From Candidatus Zixiibacteriota bacterium (GTDB lineage: Bacteria > Zixibacteria > MSB-5A5 > GN15 > FEB-12), in the NCBI GenBank assembly GCA_041742355.1, contig JBGSIV010000306.1, positions 1 to 10,107 on the forward strand: a DNA stretch of 10,107 nucleotides, written 5' to 3'. A program made the translations under genes and the position numbers. Position 1 is the first letter of the stretch, and each line of letters starts with the position of its first letter. Positions 5,927-10,107 of this stretch are shown one piece after another. A model generated the notes under the pieces. The model saw nothing but the letters and a program-made list of their open reading frames with translations, did not search any database and was not told the DNA's origin.

Positions 5927-7807
5927 ATGACACGAAGAATTGCCATGATCAGCGACCACGCTTCCCCCCTCGCCATCCTCGGTGGCGTGGATGCGGGCGG
6001 CCAGAACGTCTATGTCAACCAGCTCTCCTGCCAGCTGGCCGAACTGGGTTACGAGGTCGATGTCTTCACTCGCTGGGACGATGCCCGGCTCCCCCGTGTG
6101 ATCGAGTGGCGCGAACGTATCCGCGTCGTCCACATCCAAGCCGGCCCGGTCGGAATGCTGCACAAAGAAGACCTTCTCGACCACATACCCGAGTTCGCCG
6201 AGAACACGGTCGAATTCATGCAATCCGAACGAATGCCGTACAGCATCGTTCACGCCAACTTCTGGTTTTCCGGCATGGTTGCGATGGAGATCAAACGCGA
6301 GCTGGGCATTCCCTTCGCCATCACCTTCCACGCCCTGGGCAGAATTCGCCGCCAGTTCCAGGGCGCCAACGACCGCTTCCCTCGGCAGCGCGAACTGATA
6401 GAGGAGGAAATAGCCCGGATGGCCGATGGGCTTATCGCCGAGTGCCCGCAGGACCGCGAGGATCTCGTGAGGCTTTACGACGCCGATCCGGCCAAAATCA
6501 CGATCGTCCCCTGCGGCGCCAACCTCCAGCACTTTCACCCCATCGATCAGTTGCTCGCCCGCCAGATCCTCAACCTCAACAAGCACGACCGCACCATCCT
6601 GGTCGTCGGTCGCATGGTTCCCCGAAAGGGAATTGACACCGTGATTGAAAGCCTTAGCGTGCTTAAGGACAAGTACGACACCAGAGCCAGCCTCATCGTC
6701 GTCGGTGGCGAAAGCGACCGACCCGACCCGAAGAAGACACCTGAGATCGGCCGCCTCCAGAAGATTGCCCGCAAGCTCCGTGTCCACAAGCAGATCAACT
6801 GGGCCGGTCGCCATGGCCCCGAAAACCTCAAATACTACTACAACGCCGCCGATATCTTCGTCAGCACCCCCTGGTACGAACCCTTCGGTCTGACACCGGT
6901 CGAGTCGATGGCCTGCGGCACGCCGGTAATCGGCTCCAACGTCGGCGGCATCAAGTATTCCGTCGTTGACGGCAAGACCGGCTACCTCGTTCCCGCATGC
7001 GACCCGGAGACTCTGGCCGAACGCCTCATTGAAATCTTCAACAACCGCAAGCTCCTCCAGTACTTTTCGGAGAACGGCCTGGAGCGGGTTAAGTACTACT
7101 TCACCTGGCCCAAGGTGGCCAACGCCATGGTCAACCTTTACGAGAAGATCATCGCCAATTCTCTCTCCCAGGATCAAATCTACTCCCACAAGATCAGCCT
7201 GTTCAACCTCTCTTTCGAGCGCATCATCAGAACCATGCAGGACTCACTCGACCTCCTGCGCATCCCCATGGTCAACGCCGCCGGAGCGATCACCAAGGCG
7301 ATCGACGGCGGCGCCAAGATTCTCATCTGCGGCGCGGGCGGCAGTATCAGCGAAACCCGACACTTCGCGCGCGAACTGATGAGCCGCTTTGCTTACCCCG
7401 ACCGTCGCACCACTTCCGTCCTCCCACTCACCACCGATCCCGCCAACCTGTCGATCTGCTCCGAAGACCTCTGCTACGAGGACATCTTCTCCCGCCAGAT
7501 CGAAGCTTTCGGCCGTGCCGGCGACGTCCTCATCGTCGTCAGTTCCAACGGCATGTCCCCCGCCGTCATGCGCGCACTGGCCGTCGCCCGGGAGAAAGGC
7601 CTCCTCACAGTCGGCTTCTACGGCGGCAACGGCGGCAAAGCAGTCGAGATGACCAATATCCCCCTGTGCGTTCCCTCCCACAGCCCGGAACACATTGAAG
7701 AAGTCCACCTCCACCTGATTCACACGATGTGCGAAATGATCGAGAAGGAATTTATAAGTCAGAGTACGGAAACCAGAAACCTGACGCCCACCCGGGCAAA
7801 GATGTAA
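5927..7807 (+). CDS. GT4 glycosyltransferase (MshA / sucrose-phosphate-synthase-like) fused to a C-terminal GmhA-like SIS domain, 626 aa
   Basis: The real start is ATG 5927 after GAGGA; the track start at 5312 overlaps the upstream gene. GT motifs: HASPLA.LGGVDAGGQNVYV, HANFWFSG, TFHALG, GRMVPRKG, WYEPFGLTPVESMACGTPVIGS. SIS motifs: KILICGAGGS, HFAREL, FSRQIEAFG..GDVL, IEEVHL.LIH..CE.IE. Confidence 0.9.
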   Translation: MTRRIAMISDHASPLAILGGVDAGGQNVYVNQLSCQLAELGYEVDVFTRWDDARLPRVIEWRERIRVVHIQAGPVGMLHKEDLLDHIPEFAENTVEFMQSERMPYSIVHANFWFSGMVAMEIKRELGIPFAITFHALGRIRRQFQGANDRFPRQRELIEEEIARMADGLIAECPQDREDLVRLYDADPAKITIVPCGANLQHFHPIDQLLARQILNLNKHDRTILVVGRMVPRKGIDTVIESLSVLKDKYDTRASLIVVGGESDRPDPKKTPEIGRLQKIARKLRVHKQINWAGRHGPENLKYYYNAADIFVSTPWYEPFGLTPVESMACGTPVIGSNVGGIKYSVVDGKTGYLVPACDPETLAERLIEIFNNRKLLQYFSENGLERVKYYFTWPKVANAMVNLYEKIIANSLSQDQIYSHKISLFNLSFERIIRTMQDSLDLLRIPMVNAAGAITKAIDGGAKILICGAGGSISETRHFARELMSRFAYPDRRTTSVLPLTTDPANLSICSEDLCYEDIFSRQIEAFGRAGDVLIVVSSNGMSPAVMRALAVAREKGLLTVGFYGGNGGKAVEMTNIPLCVPSHSPEHIEEVHLHLIHTMCEMIEKEFISQSTETRNLTPTRAKM

Positions 7808-7822
7808 AGTGAGACACACTCT

Positions 7823-8545
7823 ATGGACACGCTTAAGGATAAAGTAGCGTTTGTCACCGGCGCGGCCGGCGGCCTCGGCGCCGCGATCGGAGACATTCTG
7901 GCTCGCTCGGACATGCAGGTCGTTCTCGGCGACATCCAGGAACGCCATGTCAAACAAACCGCCTCCCGACTGCGCGAAGACGGCGGCCGCGTCGAGGGTA
8001 TTCCCCTCGACCTGACCAAAGACGAATCCTGCCGCAACGCATGCCGCCACATCATGGATACCTACGGCGGCCTCGATGTCCTCATCAACAACGCCGGCAC
8101 GGATACCACCGCCCCTTTCACCGAGATTCCCATGGATGAATTCGACCGCATCATGAATGTCAACCTCCGCGGTCCCATCCTCATGTCCAAGCTCTTCCTG
8201 TCGACTCTCTCCGACCGCAAAGGGTACATCATCAACATCGGGTCCACGGCCTCCACCCGCGCCTGGCCGAACGCCACAGCGTACCACGCGAGCAAGTGGG
8301 GCCTCGTCGGTTTCACCCGCGCTCTTTACACCGAAACCCGGCAGAACGGCGTCAAAGTCACCTGCGTCATTCCCGGCGGCATGAAGACACCGCACCTCCT
8401 CGATCGCTTCCCCGATATCGACCTGACCAAACTGCAGGATGCCGAGCCGGTTGCCGACGTTATCAAATTCCTCCTGCAGCTGCCCGAGCAGACAATCATC
8501 CCCGAGCTCATGGTGCTGCCGCTCCTGGAGACATCGTGGCCGTAA
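7823..8545 (+). CDS. Short-chain dehydrogenase/reductase (classical SDR), 240 aa
   Basis: TGAAGGLG Rossmann motif, LINNAG, catalytic S...YHASK, then PGG. Confidence 0.92.
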   Translation: MDTLKDKVAFVTGAAGGLGAAIGDILARSDMQVVLGDIQERHVKQTASRLREDGGRVEGIPLDLTKDESCRNACRHIMDTYGGLDVLINNAGTDTTAPFTEIPMDEFDRIMNVNLRGPILMSKLFLSTLSDRKGYIINIGSTASTRAWPNATAYHASKWGLVGFTRALYTETRQNGVKVTCVIPGGMKTPHLLDRFPDIDLTKLQDAEPVADVIKFLLQLPEQTIIPELMVLPLLETSWP

Positions 8546-9147
8546 CCCTTCGCCGGGCGGTGTTCCTCGACAAGGACGGCACCCTGATTGACAACGTGCC
8601 CTTCAACACCGACCCTGACCAGATCCGTTTGACTCCCGGTATGCCGCAGCTGCTGCGGGCCCTGCAGCGGCAACACTACCTGCTTGTCGTCGTCACCAAC
8701 CAGGCCGGAGTCGCTCGCGGGTTGATCACGCCTGCAGATATGGAGCGCCTGCGCGCGAGACTCGATGGGTTGCTCGAACACGAGGGAATCCGCCTCGACG
8801 GCTATTATGCCTGCCCGCATCACCCGGAGGGCACGGTGGAAACCTACCGCCTCGCCTGCAAGTGCCGGAAGCCCCGGCCCGGTCTGCTCCTGCAGGCCGC
8901 CCGCGACCTCAGCATCGACCTCAGTGCCTCGTGGATGATTGGGGACATCCTCGACGACGTTGAGGCCGGCAATCGGGCCGGATGCCGGAGCATCCTCTAC
9001 CGCAACGGGAACGAAACAGAGTGGGAGATAACCCCGATGCGCACCCCCCGCTACATCGTCGACAACCTGACCACCGTCAGGCGCATAATCCTGCAAGGGG
9101 AACCGGCGGCGAAACCGCAACCATCGGATGTACGCACCGGAACGTGA
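8536..9147 (+). CDS. gmhB: HAD-IIIA phosphatase, D-glycero-D-manno-heptose-1,7-bisphosphate 7-phosphatase-like (203 aa)
   Basis: GTG 8536 with a GGAG RBS (8527-8530), overlapping the SDR end by 10 nt. Motifs FLDKDGTL, VTNQAG, Zn-binding CPHHP...CKCRKP, and MIGD..DD..AG. Confidence 0.88.
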   Translation: MAVTLRRAVFLDKDGTLIDNVPFNTDPDQIRLTPGMPQLLRALQRQHYLLVVVTNQAGVARGLITPADMERLRARLDGLLEHEGIRLDGYYACPHHPEGTVETYRLACKCRKPRPGLLLQAARDLSIDLSASWMIGDILDDVEAGNRAGCRSILYRNGNETEWEITPMRTPRYIVDNLTTVRRIILQGEPAAKPQPSDVRTGT

Positions 9148-9172
9148 CGAACCGAATCAAGGGAGGTGGAGC

Positions 9173-10088
9173 ATGGCGAGAATTCAATTTGATGCGATTC
9201 TGGAGCGCGTCAAGAACCTTCGTGTTGCCGTCCTCGGCGACGCCATGCTTGACATGTACCTTCGGGGCAACTCCCGCAACCTCGCTGTCGAAGCCCCGGT
9301 CCCGGTGGTCAACGTTGAGTCGCAGGACTACGCCCCCGGCGGCGCCGCCAACGCCGCCGTCAACGTCGCAGCCCTCGGCGCCCACTGCTCGTTCTTCTCC
9401 GCCGCCGGCGCCGACTCCGAGGGAGAACTGCTCCGCAACTGTCTCCGCGAACACCGGGTCGACACCGCCAACCTCCTCCTGACCGACGATCGCCGTACGC
9501 TCACCAAGCGGCGCATTTCGGCCAACTCTCAGACCATCATCCGCCTCGACTCGGGCTCCATCGACACCCTCGGCCCGCCCGTCGAACGCAAGCTCTGCCG
9601 CCGTCTCAAGGATTCGCTGCGCGACTTCGACGCCCTCCTCATTTCCGACTACACTTACGGCCTCCTCACGCCGTACCTCATCGATGCTCTTACCCAGCTC
9701 TCGCGCTCCCGCCTCATGGTGATCACGGCCGATTCGAAAGACCTCCGCCGCCTCAAATCGGTTCGCCTCACCGCCGTTAAACCGAATTACCGCGAAACCA
9801 CCCGTCTCCTCGAAATTCCGCAGCTCTCGACCCTGAGAGAACGCTTCGAACAGATCAGCCGGCACGGCGAGCGCATCCTCCGGCTGCTCGACACGCAGAT
9901 CGCGGCCATCACGCTCGATCGCGCCGGCGCCATGGTTTTCGAACGCGCCAAGCCCCCCTATCGGACCTACAGCCGCCAGGTTCAGGACAGCCAGGCTGTC
10001 GGCGCAGGCGATACCTATATCGCCGCTTTCACCCTGGGCCTGGCCGCCGACGCTCCGGTCACGGAAGCCGCCGAATTCGCCGCCGCCG
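9173..10088 (+). CDS. rfaE: PfkB-family sugar kinase, RfaE/HldE domain I (heptose-7-phosphate kinase)-like; 3' truncated
   Basis: Not in the ORF track because it has no stop. ATG 9173 follows GGAGG/GGAG. Hand translation: MARIQFDAILERVKNLRVAVLGDAMLDMYL..EAPVPVV...PGGAANAAVNVAALG...TLTKRRI...RLD...ISDYTYG...KPN...VGAGDTYIAAF. Confidence 0.87.
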
Positions 10089-10107
10089 AGATCGGAAGAG
10101 CACACGT
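10089..10107 (+). other. Illumina TruSeq adapter remnant (technical artefact)
   Basis: The terminal AGATCGGAAGAGCACACGT is identical to the start of the TruSeq read-through adapter and translates with the preceding base as EIGRAH. Confidence 0.97.

Noticed and set aside
8296..8535. N-terminal extension of the GmhB-like ORF
   Set aside because: Off-frame overlap with the SDR. The HAD motif I and RBS point to GTG 8536.
5190..10105. Long minus-strand ORFs (247, 429, 383, 264 and 342 aa)
   Set aside because: Antisense shadows of GC-rich coding genes with no recognisable motifs. The 342-aa ORF starts within the adapter.
1..10107. CRISPR array, transposase, defence or toxin-antitoxin genes
   Set aside because: I saw no regularly spaced direct repeats and no matching protein motifs.

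Overview
A GC-rich bacterial window, probably from a metagenomic contig, since it ends in a 19-nt Illumina adapter remnant. From left to right it holds: the 3' part of an RlmI-family SAM-dependent rRNA methyltransferase; two REP-like palindromes; tRNA-Arg(UCU) with a sigma70-like promoter; a small internally duplicated protein (DUF6982-like); a Cys-rich lipoprotein; a convergent NADPH-dependent FMN reductase; and two small proteins (a conserved hypothetical and DUF3008). These are followed by a tightly coupled sugar-modification operon: atypical GT4, MshA/SPS-like GT4 fused to a diverged GmhA-like SIS domain, SDR, GmhB-like HAD phosphatase, and an RfaE/HldE-type PfkB kinase (truncated and absent from the ORF track). 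The most interesting element is this heptose-pathway-like operon. It does not look like an LPS core locus, its isomerase domain has altered active-site motifs, and it has a strongly structured ~80-nt leader. All family assignments come from motif recognition by eye, not from database searches.
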